A stretch of DNA of 64,000 bases from Candidatus Binatia bacterium (GTDB taxonomy: Bacteria > Desulfobacterota > Binatia > Bin18), in assembly GCA_963664395.2 (NCBI GenBank), contig OY761159.2, positions 3,360,001 to 3,424,000 of the forward strand, written 5' to 3'. Below are positions 36,925 to 46,468 of the stretch, in pieces. The notes below the pieces were generated by a model, which did no database searches, was not told the DNA's origin, and saw only the letters and a program-made list of their open reading frames with translations. The position numbers and the translations under genes are program-made. How positions within the stretch are numbered: position 1 is the stretch's first letter; each line of letters begins with the position of its first letter.

Positions 36925-38277
36925 TTCGCTTGATCCGTTTGTTTGATCCGTTTGATCCGTGCGCCGCTCGCGCCGAAACACGGGCCAGGCCAGCGCCAGC
37001 AGGATCAGGCCGAATTCCAGCAGACGCGCCCATGTCGGCTGTTGATAGGGTTGCAGACTGTAGTCATTCACATTGAGCCCGGTGATGTACGAGATGAGGA
37101 TCGCGCCGGAAGCCGTCCACGCCCATAGGCTGGGGAAGACCGCCGCAAAGGGCAGCAACCAGAGCAGATACCATGGATTGATGACCGGCGACGCCGCCAG
37201 CAGCAGGCCGTACACCCAGTCTCCGCGCGGAACGGGCTGCCCCTCGTCCCGGCGATAATGCCAATAATACCACCCCCAGCAGGTGGCGCATGCCAGGCCC
37301 AGCACGAGCTTGGCCTCGAACGCCGGCAGCGCCGTTGTCAACAGCCCGAAGGCGGCGGAGTTGAACTCCCACTCCCGCGCGAAGACCAACAGCGAATTCA
37401 GGTCGGTGCCGCCGCCCAGGACGAACGGCGCGTACAAGGCCGCCAGCGTGGCGCCGAACAGGGCCCAGTGCCGGATTTTGGCGCCAACCAGCACGAACGG
37501 TACCAGTACCAGGGCGAATATCTTAGCCCCGGCGGCAACGCCCAGACACACCGCGGCGCTCCGCCAGCGCTTGTCCCGGGCCAGAACGAGCGCGGCCAGC
37601 AGCAGGCAGACGCCGATGCCGTCCGGGTGGGCGGTGAAGGCGACTTCCTTGACGACCAACGGACACCAGGCGTAGAGCATGACGTTCCGCGCCGGCGCCA
37701 GACGCAGCAGCAGTGCCACGCTGGCGAGATCGACGAGAATCAGCAGGCATTGCAAGGCCGTGATGCTGCCCGGCCGCAGCCAGTAGCCGAGCAGGAAGAC
37801 GAACTGCGTCGCCGGGCCGTAGATGGTCGGCAACTCGGGATGGTTGATCCCATCCAGCACGTCGTGAAACGCCGCGGGAATGCTGGCGTCAACGAAAAAC
37901 GCTTCCGGGATGGCAGCGTAGGGCGTGCCGGTGGTGGCAAAGCGGTAGCCGTCCCACAAGTAGCGATGGAAGTCGTCTTCGAGCAGCGGCCCGCCGACCA
38001 GCCCGCAGATTCTGAAGGCGACGGCCCAGAAGAGCAGGCGGTCCAGCGGGAACGGTTCGTCGCGCCGCCGGAAGTACAGAAAGAGGCCGAATACCGGCAG
38101 GCCGGTCCAGGCCATCAGGCTGAAGAAGGCCGCCAGATCGGGTTCGCCAGGTGGCCGCGCCAGAAAGGCGAGTACGGCGTAGCCCAGGGTGCAGCTCAGG
38201 CCGACCGCGTCCACCAGCCGGCGCGTCGCCGCGCTCGGCTGCCCACTCCCGTTTGCGCCGGCTATAGTCTCAAGCAT
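36433..38277 (-). CDS. GT-C type (family 87-like) membrane glycosyltransferase; true C-terminus probably near 36940
   Basis: LEDDFHRYLWDG, TIYGP, YAWCPL, HPD and INPWYLLW motifs; the last ~165 aa overlap the opposite-strand barrel gene. Confidence 0.75.
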   Translation of the reverse strand: MLETIAGANGSGQPSAATRRLVDAVGLSCTLGYAVLAFLARPPGEPDLAAFFSLMAWTGLPVFGLFLYFRRRDEPFPLDRLLFWAVAFRICGLVGGPLLEDDFHRYLWDGYRFATTGTPYAAIPEAFFVDASIPAAFHDVLDGINHPELPTIYGPATQFVFLLGYWLRPGSITALQCLLILVDLASVALLLRLAPARNVMLYAWCPLVVKEVAFTAHPDGIGVCLLLAALVLARDKRWRSAAVCLGVAAGAKIFALVLVPFVLVGAKIRHWALFGATLAALYAPFVLGGGTDLNSLLVFAREWEFNSAAFGLLTTALPAFEAKLVLGLACATCWGWYYWHYRRDEGQPVPRGDWVYGLLLAASPVINPWYLLWLLPFAAVFPSLWAWTASGAILISYITGLNVNDYSLQPYQQPTWARLLEFGLILLALAWPVFRRERRTDQTDQTNGSSESIGVERITERYAENVGRRGIPAFDDRRILKPEVHAVRYRNIEPTTDEFHLLFQFGKDPCDWRESGIANVEAGPRGVNALVTDVQYYAIEKHYPAGQVQKEVVRDVVAAVPVSELRGHDEHIAQKLAGHPRDLKPVTAITNRIDVTAFVVSGDDPAETYGESGQ

Positions 38278-38345
38278 CCGCGCTGTCTATCCTGCCCGGC
38301 CTATCCTGCCCGGCCTATCCCGCCCGGCAATACGCCGACAGACCG

Positions 38346-39017
38346 TTATGACCCGTCGCGTTTCTGTCCCCAGGTGTCCCAGTGAGTCAGTTGGGCGGCC
38401 GGAATACGCCGGGCTGCTTTGAAATCCGTGCCCGTATAGTAGGCTACGGGCAAAAGCACGCACTGTGTCACGCTATCGGGAATATTGAGCAGCTTGGCTG
38501 CTTCGTCGGCATGTTTGAGATGAACTGTGGTCCAACAGCAGCCAAGACCCCGCGCGCGGGCGGCCAGCATAAACGACCAGGCCGCCGGCAGAATTGAGCC
38601 ATAGGCCGTGGCCTGATCGAAAAGTGGCACGTCGCGGACGTGATCCTCGATGCAGAACAGCACCTGGACCGGAACTTCATGCAGATGGTTGACCAGATAG
38701 GCGGCTGAGTCGATCATGCGTTGGGCTTCGGTCGAGGCGGGTCCTGTGGTCCCATACGTTGCCTCATCGGCCTGCTCCCAGTAGGACTCAAAAGCGTGTT
38801 TGTAGAGTCTGGCGATACCAGCCCGTTTGTCCGCATCGCGAATAACCACAAAGCGCCATTTCTGTGTATTGGTTGCCGAGGGGCTCTGCAACGCAACTTC
38901 CAGGCATTCCTCGATCAACTCCGGTGGGACCGGACGGGCGAGATCAAGGCGTTTTCGTATGGAGCGCGTGGTGGTTAAGAGCTTGTCACACATACCCAGG
39001 TCCAAATCCGTCTTCAT
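38346..39017 (-). CDS. Nitroreductase family protein
   Basis: TTRSIRKRLD, SPSATNTQKWRFVV and ARARGLGCCWT motifs. Confidence 0.92.
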   Translation of the reverse strand: MKTDLDLGMCDKLLTTTRSIRKRLDLARPVPPELIEECLEVALQSPSATNTQKWRFVVIRDADKRAGIARLYKHAFESYWEQADEATYGTTGPASTEAQRMIDSAAYLVNHLHEVPVQVLFCIEDHVRDVPLFDQATAYGSILPAAWSFMLAARARGLGCCWTTVHLKHADEAAKLLNIPDSVTQCVLLPVAYYTGTDFKAARRIPAAQLTHWDTWGQKRDGS

Positions 39018-39161
39018 ACGTCACCTCTGGCCGGAGAGAATCACAAAGCGTCCGGGGGAACAACTCGCTTCCTCCTAGAAGCGTGGCCATGTGACGGACT
39101 TGGCCGCGCTTATTTGCGGGCTGGAAGCCCATGCTCCTACAGGAATGATGCGTTACTGGTG

Positions 39162-39198
39162 TTGACAAATGAAATTGAAAATGATTTTCAATTTCATT
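39162..39198 (+). promoter_or_regulatory. Fur-box-like operator next to a TTGACA box
   Basis: Perfect 15-1-15 palindrome AATGAAATTGAAAAT-G-ATTTTCAATTTCATT (39168-39198) containing 7-1-7 TGAAAAT-G-ATTTTCA. Confidence 0.8.
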
Positions 39199-39405
39199 AT
39201 GAGTTCGGGTATTCATCCTTCTCCTAACCTGGTCTTAAACCAAAAGGGCCGGGAAAGTCGCTGCCTGTGCGGCAATTTGCTTGCTCGCCTGGGCCCCGAT
39301 GGCGTGGAACTCAAATGTCGCCGTTGCAAGCGGGTAGTAGTCATTCCCTGGGGAAGCTCTTCAACTTGGCACGGCGTAACACTTCAGCTCCCTGAGTCAC
39401 ACTGA
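39199..39405 (+). CDS. Small Com-like zinc-ribbon protein
   Basis: RCLCGNLLAR...VELKCRRCKR, four-cysteine pattern like phage Mu Com. Confidence 0.65.
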   Translation: MSSGIHPSPNLVLNQKGRESRCLCGNLLARLGPDGVELKCRRCKRVVVIPWGSSSTWHGVTLQLPESH

Positions 39406-39564
39406 ACGGCTTAAACCCACCAAGGCAGTTGAATCAAATCCGGAAGGAGGTGAGGACGGAGGCGACCTACCGGCAAACAGTATGAGACACAAGCGGCCCG
39501 AGGAAAACAGCCCAGCGCCCATCCACAATCGATGACACAATCGATGACATAGAGGAGACGCGTA

Positions 39565-40995
39565 ATGATACGGCAAACAGTATGGACGCTGGGCATATGG
39601 GCACTCGTCCTGGGCATTCCCACGGGCGGCCATGCCGCGGATGAAGCCCGGATGCTGCAACTCGAACAGCAATTGCAGACCATGCAGAAGGCTATGACAT
39701 CAATGCAGACAGAGTTGCAAAGCCTGCGGTCCGCACACAAGCAGGAACGGGAACAGGAGCAGGAACAGACCCGCCGACGGGATGTGTTGGCCGAAGAAGT
39801 GGACAAGCTGCGCACCAGCCTGACCTTGCCCGACTTCACACCCCTCAGCATGGAAGACAGAAAATACGGCCTGGGACCGGCAGCGTCCAAGGTGTATGGC
39901 GTTGCGCAGGGCTTATCGATCGGTGGCTATGGCGAAGCCTATTACCGCAAGGACGTGAGTGACAAGACGCGCAGCGACCGCGACACCACCGACTATCTGC
40001 GCTTCGTGCTCTACACTGGCTATAAGTTCTCCGACCGCATCATTCTCAACGCCGAGTTGGAGTTCGAGCACGCCTCGACCAGCACCGGCGGGTCGGTGTC
40101 AGTCGAGTTCGCCTATCTGGATTTTCTGATGTACGAGTGGGCCAATTTTCGGGCCGGCATGTTGCTGGCACCCATGGGTATCGTCAACGAGTTGCACGAG
40201 CCGGTGTTTTTCAACGGCGTGGAGCGGCCCGAGGTCGAGCGGCGCATCATCCCCTCGACCTGGCGCGAGAACGGCGTCGGCATCTTCGGTGAGCTGCTGC
40301 CCGGCCTGGAATACCGTGTCTACGGCATGAATGCCCTCAAGGGGGTTTCGGAATCCAGCGGCGGTGCGTCGCTCAATTTCAAGGAGCACTATCGCAGCAC
40401 GCGCCAGAAGGGCGGCGAGGCCCTGGCCGAGGACATCGCCTTTGTGGCCCGCCTGGATTACTCTCCCATATTGAACGCCACGTTCGGCGGCTCGGTGTAT
40501 ACCGGCAAGTCCAGCCACGACCAGCAGTACGTAGACGACTCCGGCAGCAAGGTCGATTACCCGGACGCGCGGCTGACCATCTGGGAGCTGCACGCCCTGT
40601 ACAGCCTGCGAGGGCTGGAGGCGCGCGCCCTGTTCGCCATGTCGCATCTGAACGACACGGACGAACTCAACCGCATCGGCGGCGGCGGCAAGATCGCCAA
40701 GGAGATGTACGGCTTCTACACCGAGCTGGCCTACGACGTCATGCCTTGGCTGCTGGGGACTACCGAACAGCAAGTGTCGCCCTTTGTGCGTTTCTCCTAT
40801 ATTGACCAGCACGCCGAGATGGCCGGCGACTGGGACGCCCAGGGTCGGTACGAGCACCGCATCTGGACCACCGGCGTCAGCTATAAACCCCACCCGAACG
40901 TGGTGCTCAAGGTGGATTATCGCAATTTTGACACCGTGGATAACGACCACGAGCGCGAAGACGAGGTGAATTTTGGTCTCGGATTTGTCTTTTAG
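39565..40995 (+). CDS. Outer-membrane porin with N-terminal coiled coil
   Basis: Signal peptide, GLGPAASKVY, IGGYGE, ELEFEH, IIPSTWRENG, terminal FGLGFVF. Confidence 0.85.
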   Translation: MIRQTVWTLGIWALVLGIPTGGHAADEARMLQLEQQLQTMQKAMTSMQTELQSLRSAHKQEREQEQEQTRRRDVLAEEVDKLRTSLTLPDFTPLSMEDRKYGLGPAASKVYGVAQGLSIGGYGEAYYRKDVSDKTRSDRDTTDYLRFVLYTGYKFSDRIILNAELEFEHASTSTGGSVSVEFAYLDFLMYEWANFRAGMLLAPMGIVNELHEPVFFNGVERPEVERRIIPSTWRENGVGIFGELLPGLEYRVYGMNALKGVSESSGGASLNFKEHYRSTRQKGGEALAEDIAFVARLDYSPILNATFGGSVYTGKSSHDQQYVDDSGSKVDYPDARLTIWELHALYSLRGLEARALFAMSHLNDTDELNRIGGGGKIAKEMYGFYTELAYDVMPWLLGTTEQQVSPFVRFSYIDQHAEMAGDWDAQGRYEHRIWTTGVSYKPHPNVVLKVDYRNFDTVDNDHEREDEVNFGLGFVF

Positions 40996-41025
40996 GGCCG
41001 GTGCGCCGGCCCTTGCCTGGGTGCT

Positions 41026-41565
41026 ATGCGTCGAGCAGTGATTATCTGTGCCGCGGTATTGCTGTGCAGTACCGCCAGCGTCCACGCCCTGGTGTTGTAT
41101 TCAAAGGAGGAAGCTTTGCAGATCGCGTTTCCCCAGGCCGACCGTATTGAGACGCAAACGTTCTACCTGACGCAGGAGCAGGTCGAGCGGGTTGAGGTGC
41201 TGTCCCGCGCGCCGGTCGATTCCAAGCTGGCCACCTTTCACGTCGGCCATACGGCCGGCGCTGTGCAGGGCTATGCCTTTATTGAGACGCATACTGTTCG
41301 CACCTTTCCGGAAACATTTCTGATTGTGGTCTCGCCCGACGGCCGGCTGCAAAAACTCCTGGTCCTGGCCTTTTATGAGCCGCCCGAATACCTGCCGTCG
41401 GAGCGCTGGTTGCAACAGTTTTACCAGAAGCAACTGACGCCCTCGCTGCGATTGCGCCAAGACATCCACGGTATTATGGGCTCCACCCTGACCGCTCAGG
41501 CCGCTACCCGAGGCGTGCGGAAAGTCCTGACCCTTTTTCGGATTTTGATTCAGGAGAAAAAATAG
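41026..41565 (+). CDS. Extracytoplasmic FMN-binding protein
   Basis: HTVRT, AFYEPPEY and DIHGIMGSTLT (variant of the DxxSGAT flavinylation motif); lies in an apbE operon. Confidence 0.8.
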   Translation: MRRAVIICAAVLLCSTASVHALVLYSKEEALQIAFPQADRIETQTFYLTQEQVERVEVLSRAPVDSKLATFHVGHTAGAVQGYAFIETHTVRTFPETFLIVVSPDGRLQKLLVLAFYEPPEYLPSERWLQQFYQKQLTPSLRLRQDIHGIMGSTLTAQAATRGVRKVLTLFRILIQEKK

Positions 41566-41566
41566 C

Positions 41567-42139
41567 GTGCGCTTTGTGATTACCGGCGAGTGGTCCAAAA
41601 ACCGGCTGCTCCAACTCATCATCGTCATCTTCATCATCTATGTCATCGGCCTGTGGCTGACGAACGCACTTTTATATTTTCAGAAGATGGACCTGACCTA
41701 TGTGTCGGTGACGGAATACTATCTGGGGTCGGAAGAGCGTTTTCTTCAGCCGCGCAGCTATCAGGGCATGCTGGAAGTCTCGCACTTTCATTTATTCGCG
41801 ATGGGGCTGCTACTGCTCACGCTGACCCATCTCATGCTGTTTGTGCCTGTCTCCTGGAACCTGAAGGCCTGGCTGATTATCATTCCTTTTTTTTCCGCCC
41901 TGACCGATGAGGGCAGCGGCTGGCTGGTGCGCTTTGTCCATCCCGGCTTTGCCTATCTGAAAATTGCGGGTTTTCTCGCCCTGGAAATCAGCCTGGCCGT
42001 GCTGGTCGTGATCTGCCTGTGGTCTATCTTTCGTGGTTCGCCAGAGCACTACCGACAGTCGAAGCCGGCCGCCGGGCGAGGGGACACGACCGATGAGGAA
42101 AATGTCGGCCTGGGGGCCGCAGGGGAGTTGGTGGAATGA
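41567..42139 (+). CDS. Inner-membrane protein, possibly heme-b binding
   Basis: About four TM helices; LEVSHFHLFAM...LTHL histidines. Confidence 0.7.
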   Translation: MRFVITGEWSKNRLLQLIIVIFIIYVIGLWLTNALLYFQKMDLTYVSVTEYYLGSEERFLQPRSYQGMLEVSHFHLFAMGLLLLTLTHLMLFVPVSWNLKAWLIIIPFFSALTDEGSGWLVRFVHPGFAYLKIAGFLALEISLAVLVVICLWSIFRGSPEHYRQSKPAAGRGDTTDEENVGLGAAGELVE

Positions 42140-43140
42140 TGAGGGGTTGGGGATTGGGGGTTGGGGGTTGGACGATTGTTGGGATCGTCAGCCTCCTGGT
42201 TTTGGGCGGTCCTGTCCGGGCGTGCGAGACCGATGGCCGGTATATTATGGGTACGGTCTTCCAGGCAACGCTGTGTCAGGCAAAACAGCCGGATGTGAAC
42301 CCTGTTTGGCACGACGTTTTTACAACTACGCAGCGCTTTGACGCTCTCTTCAGCACCTATGCTCCGCACAGCCCACTGAGCCAACTGAACGCGCGGGCCG
42401 GACAAGGACTTCAGGCTGTTCCGGCCGAAGTGGTCGATATTCTTCGTCTCTCGCAGCGCTACGCGGAACTGACCAACGGGGCGTTTGATATTACGGTTCG
42501 GCCCCTCCTGACCTTATGGCGACAGGCGGCAACGCGGCCAACCGCGGCGACTATTACCCGTACCCTGCTGTCCGTTGGGAGTCATAAGCTGCAATTTGCC
42601 GCGCCCCATCAAGTTGGCCTCTCTGCTCAGGGCATGGCGCTGGACCTGGGGGGTATCGGCAAAGGCTATGCGCTCGATCAGGTCGCAAAACAACTCCGCG
42701 AACAGCGGGTGACAAACGCCTTGCTCAACTTTGGGCAGAGTAGTCTGTGGGCGCTGGGTCGGCCGGGCGCTGGGGAGGGCTGGCGGTTGTTGTTACGTCA
42801 GCCGAATGGAGAGGCCGTAGGGGTTGCCACGTTCTCGGATCAAGCCATTTCCGTATCCAGTAGTCTGGGCCAGAGTATGCAGGTCGAAGGGCAGCGCTAC
42901 GGCCATATTATTGATCCCCGGACCGGCCGGCCCGTACAGCGCGATCTGCTGGCCTGCATTGTGGCTCCGAGTGCGGCTCAAGCCGAGGCCCTGAGCACCG
43001 CGCTCTTGATTTTAGGCGAAAATGAAGGACTCGATCTCATTGAACGACTCGATGGGGTCGAAGGACTCTTACGCGAAGCACACGGCACACAGTGGATGAC
43101 AACGGGCTGGAGGCGGGTCAGCCGTTTTGTCGCATTATAG
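42136..43140 (+). CDS. apbE: FAD:protein FMN transferase
   Basis: MGT, GAFDITV, DLGGIGKGYALD, HIIDPRTG and AEALSTA motifs. Confidence 0.93.
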   Translation: MMRGWGLGVGGWTIVGIVSLLVLGGPVRACETDGRYIMGTVFQATLCQAKQPDVNPVWHDVFTTTQRFDALFSTYAPHSPLSQLNARAGQGLQAVPAEVVDILRLSQRYAELTNGAFDITVRPLLTLWRQAATRPTAATITRTLLSVGSHKLQFAAPHQVGLSAQGMALDLGGIGKGYALDQVAKQLREQRVTNALLNFGQSSLWALGRPGAGEGWRLLLRQPNGEAVGVATFSDQAISVSSSLGQSMQVEGQRYGHIIDPRTGRPVQRDLLACIVAPSAAQAEALSTALLILGENEGLDLIERLDGVEGLLREAHGTQWMTTGWRRVSRFVAL

Positions 43141-43171
43141 TTCTGTCAGCGTACAGAGGAGGGACAAAGAC

Positions 43172-43489
43172 ATGCGCACCAACGAAATACTGACCACCAT
43201 TCCAAGCATACCTCACGGGGCATCTCCCAATGCCCCACCCGACACGGCCCTGGAGATCGCCGTGGAGACCGCGCAACAGGATGGGCAAAATGAGCAGGAA
43301 GACGGACAGCCGAGTATCGCTTTACGTCGTCTGACGTGGGGCTCGGGGTTGGGCTGGTGTCGGCAGCAAACCCTGACCCTGACTCCGGCGGAAGCCGAGG
43401 CGGTGCTCCGCGCCTTGCAAAAGAGCCGCCGCAAATGGCAGGGAGAATCTGCTACCCCCCAGGGTAAAGTCATTCCTTTTCCGGGCTAG
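43172..43489 (+). CDS. Hypothetical protein
   Basis: GGAGG RBS before MRTNEIL; ends GKVIPFPG; no family recognised. Confidence 0.55.
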   Translation: MRTNEILTTIPSIPHGASPNAPPDTALEIAVETAQQDGQNEQEDGQPSIALRRLTWGSGLGWCRQQTLTLTPAEAEAVLRALQKSRRKWQGESATPQGKVIPFPG

Positions 43490-43632
43490 AGCAAATGACG
43501 CTGTGTAGCCGCCCGTCATTCCTGCGAAAGCAGGAATCCAGGCCCCCGACCCCCCGGCCTCTGGATGCCGGATCACGTCCGGCATCCAGAGCGCGTACTG
43601 GCACGGCTACAGACTAACGTGAAACGGGCTAG
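43486..43632. mobile_element. CTAG-bounded MITE (copy 2 of 3)
   Basis: CTAGAGCAAATGACG...TGTAGCCG / CGGCTACAGACTAACGTGAAACGGGCTAG; same internal palindromes as 9988-10131. Confidence 0.7.
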
Positions 43633-43714
43633 ATACCTCTCTCCCGCGGCACTACCGCCTGATGTATTGCTTTGTCGGCCCAGGCGTGGTCAGGAGGTCT
43701 GAAGTCTGAAAGTC

Positions 43715-44068
43715 ATGGAGGCCGGTGTGAAGAGCCCGGTTGTCATTATCGGCGCGGGACCGGCCGGGCTCACCGCCGTGTATGATCGATCCTATCAGGA
43801 GCATGTGGCCCTGATCCGTCACTATCTGGCAACGTTCCCCAATTTTCAGACGATTGGTCGGAATGGACTGCATCGCTATAATAATCAGGATCATTCAATG
43901 CTGACCGGGGTCTATGCCGCTCGCAATATTGTCGGCGGGCAGCATGATGTCTGGACGGTCAATACCGAAACCACCTATCACGAAGAAGGACAACATCCTG
44001 ACGCGCAGGCCGGAGACCGCTCGGTTCCGGTGCGGAAAGTATCCTCGCCAGGCCGGCTGTCTCCATAG
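43715..44068 (+). pseudogene. Internally deleted NAD(P)/FAD-dependent oxidoreductase
   Basis: N-terminal IIGAGPAGLTA joined directly to the C-terminal VYD...IGRNGLHRYNNQDHSMLT...WTVNTE of a normally much longer enzyme. Confidence 0.8.
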
Positions 44069-44087
44069 TGCTGAAACGCCGCAGCCC

Positions 44088-44903
44088 ATGTCCGAACGCA
44101 GGTTTGGCCACATTCCAGGCTATCCGGTTGGCAGTTGTTTCGCCTCTCGCCGTGATCTCTCCAGGGCCGGGGTGCATCGAGTGCGCATCGCCGGTATTTC
44201 CGGCAGCGGGCGGGAGGGCGCGGACTCGGTTGTCCTGGCTGGCGGCTATGAAGATGGAGAGGATTATGGGCAGATGATCTTCTACACCGGCCACGGCGGT
44301 CGCGACCCGCAGACCCGCGAGCAGGTTCGTCACCAGGCACTGACCCGTGGGAATTTGTCTTTGGCCCGGAACCGATTGCACGGCCTGCCTGTTCGCGTTA
44401 TCCGTGGTGCCGGTTTTCGTTCTCCCTACTCGCCCGATTCCGGCTACCGCTATGACGGCCTGTATACGGTTGACGACTATTGGCGGGGCATTGGGCGAGC
44501 GGGCTTTTTTATTTGGCGTTTTCGGCTGGTCACAATGGGTGAAGACACAGCGCAGCAGGAACGAGTCGTGCAAGAAACACTCCATGCCCAGGAACTCAAG
44601 CAGCTCTACCACTACCACTGTCAGATATGTCGCGTCCAACTCAAAGGCCCTGCCGGGCCGTATGCCGAAGCGGGGCATATCCGCCCGCTCGAAATCCCGC
44701 ACAACGGCCCTGACACGCCGGAGAATATGCTGTGTCTATGTCCGAATTGTCATATCCTGCTGAGCATCGGCGGGGTGGGTATTGCTGATGATTTTGAGCT
44801 GATCGGGCGATCGGGGACGTTGTACGTTGATTTTCGGCACCGGATCAACATCGAGCATATGCGTTATCGGCGGCAACATTATCCGGTTGACTCTGATATG
44901 TGA
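44088..44903 (+). CDS. SRA(YDG)-HNH modification-dependent endonuclease
   Basis: FGHIPG, AGVH, GISG, SVVLAGGYED, YTGHGG, YRYDGLY (SRA) plus CQIC...AGHIRPL...NMLCLCPNCH (HNH). Confidence 0.9.
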   Translation: MSERRFGHIPGYPVGSCFASRRDLSRAGVHRVRIAGISGSGREGADSVVLAGGYEDGEDYGQMIFYTGHGGRDPQTREQVRHQALTRGNLSLARNRLHGLPVRVIRGAGFRSPYSPDSGYRYDGLYTVDDYWRGIGRAGFFIWRFRLVTMGEDTAQQERVVQETLHAQELKQLYHYHCQICRVQLKGPAGPYAEAGHIRPLEIPHNGPDTPENMLCLCPNCHILLSIGGVGIADDFELIGRSGTLYVDFRHRINIEHMRYRRQHYPVDSDM

Positions 44904-44931
44904 GGAGTGCCGGCTCGAAGCCCGTAAGAAA

Positions 44932-45060
44932 TCCCCTCCTCGGAGGGGTGACGCAAAAAGGAACCCACCCCGGCCCTTCGGGCCACCCTTCCCAAGAGGG
45001 GAGTTTTTCCTATCCCCTCCTCGGAGGGGTGCCGCGGAGCGGTGGGGTGGGTTCCCCCAG
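44932..45060. repeat. Cluster of REP-like hairpins (CCCCTCC-N-GGAGGGG)
   Basis: Repeated TCCCCTCCTCGGAGGGGTG and AACCCACCCCGGC units; related unit at 45921-45955. Confidence 0.65.
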
Positions 45061-45090
45061 GTAGGAAAGAAAAAAAGGGAGAGACCAGCG

Positions 45091-45906
45091 ATGCAGGGAA
45101 ATCTACGCAAGATGAGAACGCAGCCGGGTCCGCCCGTGGGTTATCGCTTGCCGGTCGGAGAACAAGAAGTCGCCTTAAACCCTTTGCTGGGAGAGACCGT
45201 ACGTTTGACGTTTTCCGGGGAGATTCACTGTGTTGCCTGCGGGCGCAAGACCAAGAAGAGTTTCAATCAGGGCTATTGTTATCCCTGCTTTCAGAGCCTT
45301 GCGCAGTGTGACCTGTGCATCGTGAAACCTGAGCTATGCCATTATGCTCAGGGCACCTGCCGTGAGCCGGCATGGGGCGAAGCACACTGTATGCAGCCCC
45401 ACTATGTGTACCTCGCCAACTCATCCGGCCTGAAAGTCGGCATTACGCGCGGGAGTCAGATTCCGACCCGCTGGATGGATCAAGGTGCGGTACAGGCTTT
45501 GCCGATTTTTCGGGTGCAGAGCCGTTATCAGGCCGGACTGCTTGAGGTGATATTCAAGCAGCATATAGCCGATCGCACCAACTGGCAGCGCATGCTCAAG
45601 GGCGAGCCTGAATTGGCGGACTTGGCAGCCAAGCGAGACGATCTCCTTGGGCTGTGTCAGGCGAAACTGCACGACCACACACAGGCCGCCGGGGAAAGCG
45701 CACTCACGCTGCTTGAGGAGGAGGACAGCCGTTCTTTTACCTACCCCGTGCTGGAGTATCCAACCAAGGTCAAGTCACGCAATTTTGAGAAGACACCCGA
45801 GATCGAAGGCACGCTGCTGGGTATCAAGGGGCAGTACCTTATTTTTGATACCGGCGTGCTGAACGTGCGCAAGTTTGGCGGGTATGAGGTGCGGTTCGAG
45901 GGATAA
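45091..45906 (+). CDS. DUF2797 domain protein
   Basis: CVACGRKTKKSFNQGYCYPC, CIVKPELCH, VYLANSSGLKVGITR, RWMDQGA and GIKGQYL motifs. Confidence 0.88.
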   Translation: MQGNLRKMRTQPGPPVGYRLPVGEQEVALNPLLGETVRLTFSGEIHCVACGRKTKKSFNQGYCYPCFQSLAQCDLCIVKPELCHYAQGTCREPAWGEAHCMQPHYVYLANSSGLKVGITRGSQIPTRWMDQGAVQALPIFRVQSRYQAGLLEVIFKQHIADRTNWQRMLKGEPELADLAAKRDDLLGLCQAKLHDHTQAAGESALTLLEEEDSRSFTYPVLEYPTKVKSRNFEKTPEIEGTLLGIKGQYLIFDTGVLNVRKFGGYEVRFEG

Positions 45907-46055
45907 ACGGGCCGGGAGAAAACCCACCCCGGCCTGCGGCCACCCCTCCTAAGGGTACTGTTCTAATTTCCTCCCAAACAGCTCACTTTCTGCGCGGACG
46001 GCCTAATTTGGGTAATAATGGGCAGCCCGCCCATGGGGAGCGCGTATCAAGAGTC

Positions 46056-46463
46056 TTAATATCTGCACCAGCGTGCATGTTTGGCGAGTTCAAGCGCGTG
46101 CTGAGTCTGTTCTTCTTCAGACGGTAATTCGGACGGTAAGATAATATCAGCGTGATAGAGATTGTCATCTTGAGGAGAGGCAACCACTCGGCGCTTATTT
46201 GTTGTAGCCTGCCCAACCGTGATAATTGCCCACCCGTAGAATGATCTGTTTGGACCGCGTTCTTCTGCCCGTTTCTCGGCAATCCGAATGGCCTCATGTT
46301 GTGGGGCGATAGTCAGCCTGTCAGAAGACAGATGAGAAATACCCTCTCTTTCTAAAAACACTGACAGGGGAATCTCGTTCCGGTCTGCGCGTTTTGCATC
46401 CCTACTTGAAAACACACTACGACCAAGCTCCTCATTGGGAGCAATCTCTGAGGGTATGGGCAA
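46056..46463 (-). CDS. Hypothetical protein, possible ADP-ribosyltransferase-like toxin
   Basis: Pattern LGR...F...LSSDR...NLYHADI; last gene of a lower-GC three-gene operon. Confidence 0.5.
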   Translation of the reverse strand: MPIPSEIAPNEELGRSVFSSRDAKRADRNEIPLSVFLEREGISHLSSDRLTIAPQHEAIRIAEKRAEERGPNRSFYGWAIITVGQATTNKRRVVASPQDDNLYHADIILPSELPSEEEQTQHALELAKHARWCRY

Positions 46464-46468
46464 AGCGT

